NCBI RefSeq assembly: GCF_009914755.1
Contig: NC_060926.1
DNA: 64,000 bases
Direction: 5' to 3' (one strand)
Source: the human T2T-CHM13v2.0 reference genome, Homo sapiens
The notes beneath the pieces were generated by a model, which saw only the letters and a list, made by a program, of their open reading frames with translations, had not been told where the DNA came from and did not search any database. Positions 1 to 14,659 of this stretch are shown here, in pieces; the stretch's first letter is position 1, and every line of letters starts with the position of its first letter. Position numbers and translations under genes: made by a program.

Positions 1-978
1 TAAATTCACTCTTGGCTAGGTCCTATTTACCTAACTTGCATATGATGGGTCTATTTTTATATCTAAGTATTTTGCCTACAGGCCCACCACATAATATTGC
101 CACATCTATTAAGACTTTTCCAAATAAGATTGGAATATTTGTCTTTGCAGAAAAATTAATTATTGTGGCAATTTAAGTACTTGAATATTTTTTCTAGCTC
201 AATTTTTTAACGTCTCATAAATGTAAATGAATTGTATACATTTCAGGCCTGGAGGATTTAGCAAATGTATGTCCCATCATACCCCTCCAGAAGTTTGACA
301 GAATACAAGTAGCATGCCATGGAAATCAACCTGATTCCTAGAATTCACTCTGGGGCACACTAAGATAAATCTACTCAAAGAGAGAAGTCAAACAGTATAT
401 GAAGGCTGATCCAGTTGGATCAAACTTGGGTTGCAAGGGAATTTCAGATGACAAGGATTCTCTGTATGCTTCCTTTTGGCCCAACTCAACTGATATCATG
501 AATAAGGCTACTTTCAACTTAGAATTCCTCTGAATCACAATTACAGCTGCAGTGGGCACAGCACAACACAAGCAGCCTGCCCCAAATCCACCCCTAGAAA
601 AAAAGAAAGAAGAGAAATGACTCTGCTTTATATGACTCATACGTTACTTATATATGACTAATATTTACCTTTCCCTGGAGAAAAACTAGTATTTAACATA
701 ATTAACTAGATCGTTGATGCTCCACAGATGTAGTAGGTTAGTATACTTTAAAATGCATGTAATACAAATGTTTTGCATCCATCCATTTTTCTTTTTAAAT
801 ATGTATGACTCAGAAGGTTTTTACTCATGTAGTACCTATTTTATCCTCTATTATTGCATTTACTGTGTTATAATGTATGTTTTTTCAAACACATCTGCCT
901 TTCTGAATACAGTGTAAGCAGTTTATGGTCAGAGTCTATATCTTAATCATCATCATTTTCCTAATGCCTAACAGCATT

Positions 979-1187
979 CCTGATATAAACCTGGTATTCA
1001 ATCAATGATCATTGAATAAGATACTAGAAACCAACATAAATTAATCGATGGATTGATAATGATCTTAAAATTAAATGAAGGCCTGATACATGCTCATTAG
1101 AGATCATTATCAATCCATTAACTTATTTATTTTGCTTTCTAGTATATAATTCAGTAATCATTTATTGACTACCACCTTTATATCAGG
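979..1187. repeat. Inverted repeat, 87-bp arms (979-1065 / 1101-1187), 35-nt spacer, outer part L2 3'-end-like
   Basis: Ungapped hand alignment 73/87 identical; inner 18 bp perfect (atggattgataatgatct / agatcattatcaatccat). Confidence 0.9.
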
Positions 1188-1217
1188 CCCAGTGCTTTGG
1201 TCATTTAGGCTCTCTGT

Positions 1218-1287
1218 TGCTTAAGCAATCCTCCCACCTCAGCCTCTCAAAGTGCTGAGATTACAGGCATGAACCACCATGCCTGGC
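1218..1287 (-). mobile_element. Alu left-end fragment
   Basis: cctcagcctctcaaagtgctgagattacaggcatgaaccaccatgcctggc. Confidence 0.85.
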
Positions 1288-1544
1288 ATCAGCACAAATT
1301 TTAATGAAAAGGAACTCTTCTGGACATCATATGTGACTGGACCACAAACTGAATTCAAAACATAATAATGTCAATACCCATCAAAATTGTATAAAACATG
1401 ATATTTTATCATTCTTTTCAAAACATACATGTAAATAGATGATAGATAAATACTGTAATTCATGAAACAGTCTGTTAAGTTTATTAGACTGTATTAATTT
1501 GAGGATTAGGTTTTGTTTTAATTAATTAATTTTTTTGAACATAG

Positions 1545-2470
1545 AATCTAGCCCCTTGTTTCAGTCCCACTCACACTGCCATAGCTCAGGCCCAGTTCCT
1601 TTCAAACAACTGTCTCTGAGAAATGTTTCTATCCTTAGCCATGTCTTCTTCCAATTTACTTTCCATACCACTGCTGGATCAATCATCCTAAAAACCAAGC
1701 TCGAGTGTACCATTTTCTTTTCTCCATCTTTCATGGGCATCCATGGCCTTCAGGACAGAGTGCAGGCATGGCTCACCACATCCCTTTACAATTCTGCCAT
1801 TGCCTGGCCATCGACCTCATTTCCACACTTCCCACTTCACTTCTGTTCCATAGTGAACAATTTTGTGCCTTACATGAGGTTTTTTTTTTTGGTTGTTAAT
1901 GTTGTTCATTTATTTAGCGAGCATTTGTTGTGGAGCCTACTCTGTGCCACACACTGTACTTGGTGCTGGAGGTCAGAGATGAATTAAACACAGCCCTTCC
2001 TCCAGGAGCTCACAGCCTTGTGAGGGAGACATAGAGTAGAGAGGAACCTCTGACCCAGAGTGAGGGCTGGAGTTATGGAGATGCCAGAAGATGCTCATTT
2101 TGGTATCTTTCTAGAAAGTGTTGCCTAGCCCAAGTCTCAAAAACAAACAAAACAAAAACAAAAATGTAGGATTTGGTCATCTAGGCTCTTTCTTCCTAGA
2201 AAGCTTCTTGTCCTTTCTTTGACTACCTCCTACTTGTCCTTTAAACCCTCTTCCAGGCAGTGTTGATTGGCTTCCTAGTGTGGCAAGAGATGTTGACGTA
2301 CCTCCACAACTTCCCGTCCTTATCACCATCACAGCATGTACCACACTGTATTATTGTTATTGGTTTGTCTGTCACCTCCTTCAACATGAGGGCTATATAT
2401 TTTTTTCTAGTATTCCCAGTGTGTTCCTACTACTTGATACACAGAAGCCTGTCCATTAATTTTTTAAATA
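1545..2470. mobile_element. Cluster of old L2 fragments (+ strand pieces around a - strand 3' end at about 1900-2070)
   Basis: ttcatttatttagcgagcatttgttg...ctctgtgcca...ggagctcacagcct is typical L2 3'-end sequence; flanks are L2-like. Confidence 0.6.
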
Positions 2471-4280
2471 CAGTTAAAAAATAATTAATTGCTTAATGCA
2501 TTAAAATTTGTAATCTTAGAGTTGGACAACATCTTAGTAGTCATACATTCCAGCCTCCCATCAGTCAAAACCAGAATTGATTCTATAATGTTCATAACAG
2601 GATGGTCATTCAGGTTTTGCTTGCTTGAACACGTTCACTGATAAGGAATGCAATCAGGTTCAAAGAAATGCAAAAAAAAAAAAATACTATGACTATGCTG
2701 TAAATCTGTTTACACTTATATTTGGAATGTGATTTTAATTTGAACACGTTAGAGACAGAGCTTTAGTCAGATGGCTTGCATTTGTGGAGAAACAATTGTT
2801 CATCAGAAGATAAAGGGACTGAGCAGATCCCATAAAGAGAAGGGCACACAACAAATGGTATCCTGCTTATAATTCTCCAGGACTTTATTCTTCCTCTGTC
2901 TTAAATAGCCAAAAAGCCGATCCCACTCATAGAAAACTATCAAGCATCTAATTTTTGAATTTATGTTCTAATACATTCTCCAGTTTCAATTATCTATTCT
3001 TTTTTTTTTTTTTTGTCTTTTCATGACTGCCATTTCTTCTCCAACTTTTAGAGTTTTGTTTTCTCTTAATTTTAATTCTAGCATCTTCTTCCATGATGTA
3101 TAATATGGCCTCCAAGTTTACCTGGATCATGGCCCTGTTACAATACCAGAAAATCTCTAAAGCATCTAGTCCTCAAGTACTGATTGTTATTTTTAGATTG
3201 TTGTTAATCCCAGCCAGTGGCTTCTTCATAATGTGGCTCTCAGGTATCTCAAACCCAAGGATCTTCACTCTGTGGTGGTGCAAATACTTATGGCCTAAAT
3301 TCTGCTTTGTAATGTCTGCAATTCTAGCCAATATTCTTCAGAGTTGTGTCCAAAGAAGATTTACTTTTATGGTATTTTGTTAAGTGAACCTGGACCAAGT
3401 CTGACAGGTCTTGAATCAGATTCCACACTGGAAAAAGTTTAAAACAAAATACATTATTTATCCAAATCCAAATTATAATTTTCCTCTTAAGCTTTTTATC
3501 CTGATATTTAAATGTATGCTTATGTAAGAAAAATTTTTATTAAAATTATGATTAGAATTTTTTCTCCTTATAAAGAAAAATTCTAATGTAGGGGTCAAAG
3601 TTTATTTGTTCAATGGCTCCATAGTTAGTTACATACTTATGAAACTAACACTCTGGTTTAGCATCATGTCCAAGTTTACGTATCTAGTAAGCGGTAGACC
3701 CAGGATTCACCCCTATTTTTCTGATTGAAAATCTGTTACTTATTCCACAATATCTCCAGTACCTAAATGCAAGTCCTTAATTCCTTAATTAAATATCACT
3801 GGTAGGGGTGGGGGGACTTAAAAAAAAGAAAAAAAAATTACTGGTAGAGACTAAAGCTCTAAAGCATTTTAAATATTGTTTATATCTAATATACAGGAGC
3901 TATTTATTAGTCCTCTGATATAATAAAAAATAGGCTCAGAAATAGTATACAGCTGTGAAGCATAAGTTGTATATCATGGTCACATAAAGACAATTGCCCA
4001 GTTTCATATGGTAGGTTGTTACCAATCGAGCAGGTTTACAAAGTTAGTGTTGTTATCTGGAGTGGATTCTCTTTTTAGCTCTAACCCTATTCCACCAGTC
4101 TCACTGCTTTGTGAAACAGCAAGCAATGGAACGGATGTTGGGATTTGACTTCTCCTTCCAGATCTCTCTGGAAGTGTCTAATTTGGTTAAATAATTGTAT
4201 CTATTCTTGGTTTTTCAGTGTGGGTCAAACCATGTACTGAATCCTATTGCTGAAAATTTTCAAATAAAAACCATAAAATG

Positions 4281-4580
4281 GGCTGGGCACAGTGGCTCAT
4301 GCCTGTAATCCCAGTGTTTTGGAAGGCTGAGGCAGAGGAATTGCTTGAGGCCAGGATTCCAGGCAACATAACAAGACCCATCTCTTGGTGGTGGATGGGG
4401 GGGATTAGCTGGCTATAGTGATGTGCACTTATAATCTTAGCTACTCAGGAGGCTGAGGCTTGCTTGAGCCCAGGTGTTTGAGACTGCAGCGAGCTATGAT
4501 TGTGTCTCCGCATTCCAGCCTGAGTGACAGTGTGAGACCCTGTCTTTGAAAAAAAAAAAAAAGAAAGAAAAAGAAGAAAA
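4281..4580 (+). mobile_element. Alu (old, AluJ-like)
   Basis: ggctgggcacagtggctcatgcctgtaatcccag ... A-rich tail; diverged. Confidence 0.93.
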
Positions 4581-6139
4581 CACAAAATAATAACAAGTAG
4601 TAGGTAACATTTCTTAAGCCCTTCCAACTTGTCTGAACTTATACTTTATTTGTACTATCTATTTCTAGCAATAACCTAATGTTATCTGTGCCTATGATCA
4701 TTTGAAATTACGTGTTATGCACCCACCAGCTCTCTTCTTTCTAATTGTTTATTAGTCATGGTATGTGATGAAGAATGATGAGTCATCCTTATAGGTATTT
4801 TACAATCAGCCTGAAATAAAGCAGGGAAGATATGAAACAAATATCTGGATTTTCAGCATATCTTTTTCATGTTATCAAGAACCTTTTCCTCTGTTTTTCT
4901 TAGAAGACAAAGAGGGAGAATATAGAGTTGCAGGCAGCTTATTAACAAATGTTTAAGCTTAGAACTTCTCAGCATTTATAAGCAAAAATATGGATTCTGC
5001 ATAAACTTCTAATACCATTAAGGACCAAAACAAAAGTTTCTATTTTGTGATACTGATATGCATAGTAACAGTATAAAGCATAATTGAGCCTACATGGAAA
5101 AGAGAAACAATATTTATGTGCTTAATTGTATTACACAACTGGTCATTTTAGCCTTTTGTTCATCTGTGGATATGTAGCAGCACAAAATTATAAAACCAAT
5201 GTTTTTGATTGAACTGGCACATTACATGATGATAGGGCAGAACACATAGAAAACATTCTAGAACTGTCTGTGCCGAACACATTATTAAAATGGAGACATG
5301 CCTATCTGGCACATAGTGTATTTTTCCTTTAGATTTTCCAAGACTTTATTGTTTCTCCTTTTGCCAATTTTTGAGAGTAGTTAGTGCTGCCTGGTAATAA
5401 CTATCATCAGTAAGTATTCCTGTGCTTTGTGATCTTTCTAATATTGTAATCCAAAGAAAACCAGTGAGGTTTGTGATTATGTGGGAATCCCAGGAGGGAA
5501 AGTTCTATTCTTCTTAATGATATTTTCAGCACACATGTCTCAGTGATCTAGATACTAAATAATTCAATTACTTCTTTGAGAGCTTTACAAATTCAGAGTT
5601 ATCTACCACACATTTGCACCCTGCTTATTACCCCACATCCACCTCCAAAATGATCTAATGGTAAAGAAAATTGTAACTCAATTTGAGATATTTTAATCAA
5701 GTGTACTTCTATCACAAACCATTAATGAATGCTAAGGGGTGTTTAAAGTAAATGTTCGAAAGACGATTTGAAAATGCCAGGGACTGCCCATTGTTTTCAT
5801 AATGTGAAGTAGATTTTTTTTAACCATGGACAATTGGTAATTTTAAACATTCTTGGAAGATACTACAAGTAGGATTAGGCACAACAGAGCACTGCCTTAT
5901 TCCCCATAAGCTAGAATACAAGCAGTCTATCTTGTGATTTAACTCCATCAACTCATCATAAATGTTCTGGACAAAGGAAGTGAAAGACCCAACTTCTGTT
6001 TGTGAGAATAGTCATGTGACCTATCAACATAGTTGCCTTAACCCTTCACTTCAGTTAGTCTATAGGGATGTTCCATGTGTGTATTTTTATCACTCCTCAT
6101 TCTTTTCTGAGGTCCTATGCAGCAAGCTTGGCTGAAAGC

Positions 6140-6310
6140 ACTAGTCTTCAAATGTCAATGTATCAGAGTCACCCTATTGAGCTTGTTAAAATATCAATTT
6201 GCAAGTCCCACATTGAGAAATTCTAATTTGTTAAACCTGTGTTGGAGCTAATTGACTGAAAACACTGTAAGACACACTGGAATGGATGATCACCAAAGAT
6301 CACTTCAGTT
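6140..6310. mobile_element. MER5-like hAT-Charlie remnant
   Basis: cttcaaa...tcagagtcacc...gagcttgttaaaa pattern; diverged. Confidence 0.4.
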
Positions 6311-6715
6311 TTATGATTTTAAAACATTTTCTCCAATGGATTGAAGTAGTTTATCTTAAAAGTATTTCTAAACCTTTATATCATGTGGTTTCTATTATGA
6401 TTACTAGACCTCTATCACCCCATTTATACAGATTTAGAAATGTTTTTACTAGACCCTATTCGTGTCCAGTAGTTTGTTTTACTTGGTGTTATTTTTCATA
6501 TGCACCGGAGCATATGAAATGGAGTTAGAACTTGAATTCCATACTTCTACCATGACAGCCCTGAAAATTAGATTCAAAACTATTCCCCTCTTAACCCAAT
6601 TTGCTATATAGTGTTGGCCAAACATCCACAGCAGGCAGAACCTTTCTGTGTTTACCCTGAGGTAGGTAATTGATTAATTAATATTCATTCAACATTGAAT
6701 ACATATTTGAAAGCT

Positions 6716-6811
6716 GGGAGGTGGAGGTTGCAGTGAGCCAAGATGGAACCACTGCACTCTAGCCTGGGCAACGACGTGGGACCCTGTCTCAAAAAAAAAA
6801 AAAAAAAAAAA
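6716..6811 (+). mobile_element. Alu 3' fragment with poly(A)
   Basis: gggaggtggaggttgcagtgagccaagat...gtctcA21. Confidence 0.9.
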
Positions 6812-8023
6812 GACAATGAAAATGAAAGCCAAAGTATGACCAAAGGCTGTTTTGATAGTTTTTTATATTGCTATCATGGTTTGGTTATGCACACCATACT
6901 TTCAAATAACCCCTTTTAGACTTCGAAGAAAAGGTATGGAAAACTTCAAAATTTTAAATGAGTAGAAATGAGAAAATTGTTTCTTTTTTAGTAAAATGTA
7001 TTTCTGATTTGCATCCTTAGTCCTGGAGTTATCCAGAGAAAATAAATTCAAAATTCATCAATAGCTCAGACTGATGGCAGAGTTGTCAGGGACATTTTTT
7101 TCTGTGTGTTTCTGCTTACTTCTTATTTCTTTCCTTTAAATAGTCTGGGAAATATGACAGCTGTACTTTATTTTCTTGTGTCTGCAAGCCCTCAGGGCAT
7201 ATGTGCTCAGGAACTACTTTTTGTTACACTTAAATAAGTATGTCTATTTGCCACTTGCTCTAAAAAACAAAATGCAGGAAACATCAGAGTGTATCAAATT
7301 ATTTTTTTCCATGTGCAATATTCAGGCAATGCAATAATAGATGGAGGTCCAGGTGAAAATGCTTCTCTTTTTAAGCCAGCTGTTAAATGCATTAAGTTTT
7401 AATTTGTACATACAGTTTTATAACACTTAGATAACCAACCAAAATATGTTATTTGGCTGTCTCCAATATAATAAGTCATTTATCATTTTAAAGTTATTAT
7501 TCACTTATTAGCCACATTTGCTTGAATGATAATTTAAAAAGTATTCCAAGGAAGAAGAACAAAGGAGAAATACTTTAAAAAAAAAACTAAGTAATTTATT
7601 CCAACAAATCAGATTTTTCTGCTACAGTCTGTTAACCTGTAACCTATCTGAAAGGTCTAAAATATTACATTTTTATGAGACATTTTGTGTGGAAAATATT
7701 GTTGCCTATTTTGTACTTCATTCGCTTTACATGAAAATAAGCTATTGTGTGCTAAATGATATTATATAATTCTATTGTAAGAACTATGCTCAAACTAAAA
7801 TGTTAAAAGGTAATATGTACAGTTATGTATTTATGATATATATTCTGCAGGATTTCAGAAAAGATTTGATAACTTTCACAATTATAAATAAGGAACAGAA
7901 CATAGTACTCAGGACTTAGAATAAAGTAAATACTGCATTAAGCATTAAAATTCTTGGGAATAAAAGAAAATAAGGGAACAGATGTATTTCCTGATAGTCT
8001 AATTATCAGAAATATGCAAAATA

Positions 8024-8345
8024 AGCTGGGCATGGTGGCTTATGCCTGTAATCCCAGCACTTTGAGAGGTCAAGGTGGATGGAATGCTTGAGCTTAGGAG
8101 TTCAAGACAAGCCTGGACAATATGGCAAAACCTTGACTCTCTAAAAAATACAAAAATTAGCTGGGCATGTGGCACATAGCTGTAGTCCCAGCTACTTAAG
8201 AGGCTGCTTGAGAGGCTGAGCGGGGAGAATCACTTGAGCCCGGGAGGTTGAGGCTGCAGTGAGTGTGATTGCATCATTGCACTGAAGCCTGGGCAACAGA
8301 GTAAGACCCTGTCTCAAAAAATAAAATGAAATAAAGAAAATAAAA
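8024..8345 (+). mobile_element. Alu (AluJ-like) with TSD agaaata(t/a)gcaaaata
   Basis: Full dimer, flanking direct repeat. Confidence 0.93.
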
Positions 8346-9018
8346 GAAATAAGCAAAATATAGGTTATCTTATTTCTAAATTACAATGTAAATTAATTTA
8401 TTATGCATTTTTTTTGCACGAGGCAATCACATCACAAAAGACAATGTTTCAACAGTAGTGTTACAGATTTGCAGGCAGACTTTGGCTGCCTATGGGCAAG
8501 TCCAAATTTTTTCTTAACACAGAAAAAGAGGAACTCATTTAAGTATCTAGACACATACTCAAGTAAGATTTTAGAATTTTTAAACATAGAACATTACAAT
8601 CTTAGGCCTGGAAAATGCTAAAAGCAGATACATTTAAATATAAGAAAATCCTAATGCAGTAGAAATTGAATTGTTGATGTTCCAGTCAATACTGTAGAAA
8701 TCTGATAAATAACAGCAGTGATGGCTAAAAGACCTACCCATCAGCTACAAAAAGAGTTTCCGAGAGTCTACATTAATTATCATATTAGATAGTTTCTATT
8801 AAGTGATTGAAAATTGGAATATGTCTGTCCCAAAATTGTTTTGCCATAGTACCCATGTTTTATAGTGAGCTGGATATTTCCTTTTGTTCTTTCTTCATTC
8901 TTTTGTTGTTGTTGTTGTTGTTGTTTCTTCCTGTTTTTTACTTGCTTCTCAATCTCTTCTATCACTTCTGTTTCTTTAGAATTAATAAATTCTAAATTAA
9001 TAGAACATTTGGTTACTT

Positions 9019-9430
9019 ATTATTCCATTCTCACATTGCTATAAAGAAATATCTGAGACTGTGTAATTTATAAAGAAAAGAGGTTCAGTTGCCTCATGGT
9101 TCACAGGTTGTACAGGAAGCATGATGCTGGCATCTGCTCAGCTTCGGGGAGGCCTCAGAAACCTTACAGTCATGGTAGAAGGCAAAGGGGGAGCAAGCAC
9201 CTCACATGACCAGAGCAGGAGTAAGACAGAGTGAGGAGCCACACACTTTTAAACAATCAGATATCATGAGAGCTCACTATCATGAGGACAGTACCAAGGG
9301 GGATGGTGCTAAACCATTCATGAGAAAACCACACCACGATCCAGTCACCTCCTATCAGTCCCCACCTCCAACACTGGCAATTACATTTCAGTATGAAATT
9401 TGGGTAGGAACACAGATCCAGACCATATCA
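9019..9430 (-). mobile_element. MaLR solo LTR (MSTA/MSTB type)
   Basis: Reverse complement starts tgatatggtctggatctgtgttcctacccaaat...ggaggtggg; other end has ttgctataaagaaatatctgagactg. Confidence 0.88.
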
Positions 9431-10206
9431 CTTATAAAATTCATAATTCATGGTACCAAAACCTTTTAATCAAAATGAGGCAAAGTACTTGTTTTACTCA
9501 ACAGTATTAAACATGTAAGCATTAAGTCTACCTAAAAACAAAATTGAAGAATGTTACATGTGTTAAAAAGACGAGAAATTAATTCATATACCATTTCAAC
9601 TTGAAATTTAAGCTCTAGAAAGACCATTCTATTCTGGTTATATAACAGTTTTATTATGCTGATATACTATGATACAGCTTAAATCATCAATATGTTAGAA
9701 ATCTGATCAATACCAAGTCTCTTAGTTTGGCTCACATCATTGGAATCAAAGGTTAATGTCAGATCAACAAACACTAAAGAATCTTCGATTTTTCATAATT
9801 TTCCATCAGTGAAATTATTCAGAGTGCAGCAGTGATCAGTGGTCAGAGGTTGGTATGAAAACATTCATGTTGTTGTCAAGAACATTAGCATGAAAAAAAC
9901 AGATCTAAGGTTTATCAAGGGAAAAAGCTGGAATTTTAAAAAACCGAAGTTTTAGCTTTTGATGAAGTAGAAATAAATGTGTCCATAGAAACTCTCAAAT
10001 ATCAAGACAAAATTGTTTAACAACTAAGGTAGCAAACATCAAAGCTCACCACTCAGATTCATAACTAACATTTCTGGTGGCACAATATTTTTTCTTTTTT
10101 TTAATAATATACCTTACCTAGAAAGAATACTTGGGCCCTTTAATATATAGTATAATAGTCATAATACAATAAAGTCAAGTGTAATATCTCACCCTGATAT
10201 CAATAG

Positions 10207-10519
<313 letters not shown>

Positions 10520-10704
10520 ATGTCTTGGATTTTTAAAAAATGCTTATCACACATAACAGTATTCCCATTATATATTGACGTGTGTTTTGTCCTAAAAAGT
10601 AAGATTCCCATTGCAATATATTATAAATTGTAAATCATTGTTTTAGTCTTAGATTTCCTTGCTCACATTATCAAGCTAGGCTTTTCAGGGAAGAGAAATA
10701 AGGC

Positions 10705-10940
<236 letters not shown>

Positions 10941-11145
10941 TTAGGTAGCATCTCAGCTTGCTCTATCAAAGCTGGGATTGTGTGGCAGATGCTCAGCTGT
11001 TTGGCAGTTAGGAGCAGTTAAGATCTGTGATCTTTTGCAATTTGGAGAGTTTCCCATTGTACAGTAGGAATGGAATGTTAAAAATTCCTAGTATCTCACA
11101 ACAAATTTTTTAGTAGACTTGGAGAGAATTTGTCTTTGTCTTCAC

Positions 11146-11436
11146 TTTTTTATTTGTATCTTTATTTGCTTAGAGACAGAGTCTTTCTCTGTCACCCAGG
11201 TTGAGTGCTGTGGCATAATCATGGCTCACTGTAGCCTCAATGTCCTCAGTTGAAGTGATCCTCCCACCTCAGCCTCCTAAATAGCTGCACCCAGCTAATT
11301 AAAAAAAAATTTTTTTGTAGAGATGGGGGTCTCACTATGTTGATCAGGCTGGTCTTGAACTCCTGGACTCAAGCAATCCTCCCACCTCGACCTCCCAAAG
11401 TGCTGGGATTACAGGCAAGAGCAACTATGCCCAGTC
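11146..11436 (-). mobile_element. Alu (AluJ-like)
   Basis: Antisense dimer, diverged, internal deletion. Confidence 0.92.
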
Positions 11437-12534
11437 TTTATCTTCTTTAATTGCACATTCACATGGTTTTCAAAGAGATTTGGGTAAAAATAATATTACA
11501 TCAGGAAGAAGAAATTAAAGAAGGCTATGGTACTTTTAACTATGTTGAAAATACCATTTTGAAGAACAGAGATAATCTATGACCCCAAAATTTTGATTAG
11601 AAGTATAAGTGAAATTTATCATTTATGGGTGGTATTTTAATAATATTATGTTGTGATTATAAATGAGTGTGGCCAAATAGTGTCTCCTTTTGTTCAATAA
11701 ACTTTTCCCTAAAACAGAGGCAATCTTTTCAAGTTATATTTTCTGTAAAAGTAGTTTTGTCAGAGCCATGCTATTTTAGTTTGAAATCTCCTAAAATGAT
11801 CATTACTTACTAAATGGTTAGACTATCTTCTTTCAAAAAGCTCAATAAATTAAAAAGCAATACCTGAGTAATCTGCATACATTTTAAGGAATATTATCTG
11901 AATAGTCTTACCAGGAAGTTGGGTGATACTTTTTAGGTAATCGTTTTGATTTGTTTGTGATTCTAGTATTAAGCGAAATCAGTATGGCTAGCCAGCCTTT
12001 TCTTCTTCCAAAATTAGTTTTTATTAACTAATTTTAAAAATTCAAAACTCTAAAGCATTAAATACTAAGGAATTCATTTTTTAAATGTCTGTCCTCTTGA
12101 AAACAAATTATCATAATATTTTTAAATGGATGATTACCAAGTAGCACTCTCTCTATTTAAGTGTTGGTTTGCTAGGTTTAAAATAAGGATTCTTGGTCAC
12201 TGAGAAATCTGTTCCAGAAAGCTCTATGGCAGGGGGATGAGAGAAGTCAAATGTAACTGAGAGTTGTGGGTGCTTATATTGTTGTATTTGCTTTTAATAT
12301 TTGGTGGCTAGAACTCCTAGAGTTAAACATGGACTAAAGTACAAACCTAAATATTTCCCAGATCCTCTTGGGGATGTTAATAAATACGGTGTTAGAAAAA
12401 GTTTTGTGGCAAATTGGTTTGGGATGTTTTGCACATCACTGCCTTTGCCTGAGATTCAAATATCCAGTAGCGTATCAAAAGCTTTCAGAAGGCTCATAGT
12501 GTTCCTACCCACGTAGCTTAGCATCTCATCTGAA

Positions 12535-12935
12535 CACTTTACTTCTGTGGTCTTCCTCCCCAAAACACATAACTTTAAACTAATCATTACAAAAAACAGA
12601 CAGATCTCAATAGAGGGGTATATGATTTATCTGATTAGTACTCATCAAAACTTTCAAGGTCAAGGTCTTAAAGGAACCTAAGGAGACATGAGGACTAAAT
12701 ATAATATAGTACCCTGGATCAGATCCTGAAACGAAAACGAAAGACATTAGGTAAGAACTAAAGTAATCTAAATAAACTATGGACTGTAGTTAAAAGTAAT
12801 GTTCACTAATTATATAAATGTACCATACTGATGCAAAATATTTCAAATAGGGAAAACTGTATGCAAGGGGTAGATGGGTAATCTCTATAGTATCTGCTTA
12901 ATATTTTTGTAAATTTAAAACTTTCAAAAATGTAA
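12535..12935 (+). mobile_element. Old L1 (L1MC-type) 3' UTR end
   Basis: ctggatcagatcctgaa...aaatgtaccatactgatgcaaa...tttttgtaaatttaaaact. Confidence 0.7.
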
Positions 12936-13584
12936 AGCCTGTTAACTCAGAAAAAGCTACATCAACAAGGCATGTTATTTACGTGAAACTTTTTCTGTTT
13001 ACAATGTTCTCTGTGTACACAAAATAAATTGGGCCATATAAGAATATGGAAATCTTAATTAAGCTCTTTGGTAAAACAAACAAACAAAAAAGAAATAAAA
13101 GCATGTAAAGATTAGGATACTGATGTAGGCAAGAATCTATCAGTAAAATGTTGTGATCCAAAAGTTCACAATTGGAATCTAGATAATTTCCTCAATCCTT
13201 CACATATATGAAGATGCCACAACTCAGCGGAAACACAATGCTTAGGCTACCCAATTAGATCTTTTGATATGTGACTGGAAGAAAATGGCAGAATGGAGTG
13301 TAGAACACTGCAGAATGGTTTTTATAAAAAGATGTAGCTAATTTTTCAATGTACACAGGGAGAGGTTAATTCCAAGGATGCTCTCTTCTCATTAGGCTAC
13401 CATGTCTGGTACATTTACCATGCCTGTCTTGGGATATCCATTCATCCCTACACAATATCTGGGGACGGATTTGCAAGTAACTCTCATTATTGTACTCACC
13501 AAGTTTTCAGGCTCCTATTCCTATGCCAATGTTGTATATGTAATGAATAATGATATAATTAACAAACAATAACAAATGTAATAA

Positions 13585-13740
13585 CTACTGTTTATTGAGC
13601 ATGCCAGGAACTGTGTTGAGCCCTTTATTTTATTCTGTTTAAACTTGGTAACAAACCAATAAACTAAGCATTGTTCTCATTTAATAGATGAGAAAACTCT
13701 CCTGTGCACACAATTCTTTTCACATAGTTAGTGAGGTAGC
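13585..13740 (-). mobile_element. MIR
   Basis: tttattgagc...tgccagg...tagatgagaaaact core. Confidence 0.65.
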
Positions 13741-14588
13741 GATACTCCCTGATTTACTCATAAGCCCTTCAATCAATGTTTTAAAACCTAAATTTTTACA
13801 TCCTGTTTAAATATGTTCTTAGGGAAAATAAATAGAGCTGTTTTGAGAATCAGTTTTGGGAGAGATTTGGTGCTGCAGTCAAATTGGCTTAAATGAATTA
13901 ACTCATCTAGCTCTTCCTGCTATGAACAGAAAATAGAGAGAGCGGAGGATAGCAACAAAATTCAGTTAAAAAACCCCCAGACAAATGCTTGTTAGTAATC
14001 TGATGGGAAAACTTACTTTATTTATACTTTCTCCAAACAGAGCTTGGTAGTAAGAAGTGTATTTGTCTTAATATAATTTTTGCTTACTTTTTTGGAGGCC
14101 TTTGCTTGAGATACTTTTTTGGAAAAAGGAAGATGTTCTTAGTTTCCATCAAAGACAGTGTTGCCTGTGTTGTCATCCTTACTGTGGAGACGATAAGCCA
14201 TCAATAAGGCTGCATGGTGGGCAACAGCTTTCCAAAACTGAGTGGTGAATCACCTCTTTTCAATTATATATCTAAACTTGGTAATATCAGCTTGTAAGAG
14301 AAGGTCATGCAGTATCTTCCATCCAATTAACATGTATAGAACACCTCCTCCACAACTCATTCATCCTTTGCTATAATTTACAACTTCCTGTTGTATGTCA
14401 ATGGTTTTAACTTTTTCAGATCTTATTTGATTTAGCTGAGAAATAATGCCATAAGATAGGATGTAGGCCTAATGCTATATTTATTTCCTTTCTCTCTGTA
14501 AGATTTACATTAATAGAAAATGTCATTTCCTCTTAGTCTATAGATAGGGTCCAGGAAAGTTTATCAAAAAAATTAAGTTAAAGCTATC

Positions 14589-14659
14589 TTTCTTTCTTTT
14601 TTTTTATTATACTTTAAGTTTTAGGGTACATGTGCACAACGTGCAGGTTTGTTACATAT
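14589..14659 (-). mobile_element. Extremely 5'-truncated young L1PA (about 70 bp 3' end)
   Basis: ttattatactttaagttttagggtacatgtgcacaacgtgcaggtttgttacatat. Confidence 0.9.

Noticed and set aside
3551-3587. 12-bp AT-rich inverted repeat
   Set aside because: Low complexity, expected by chance
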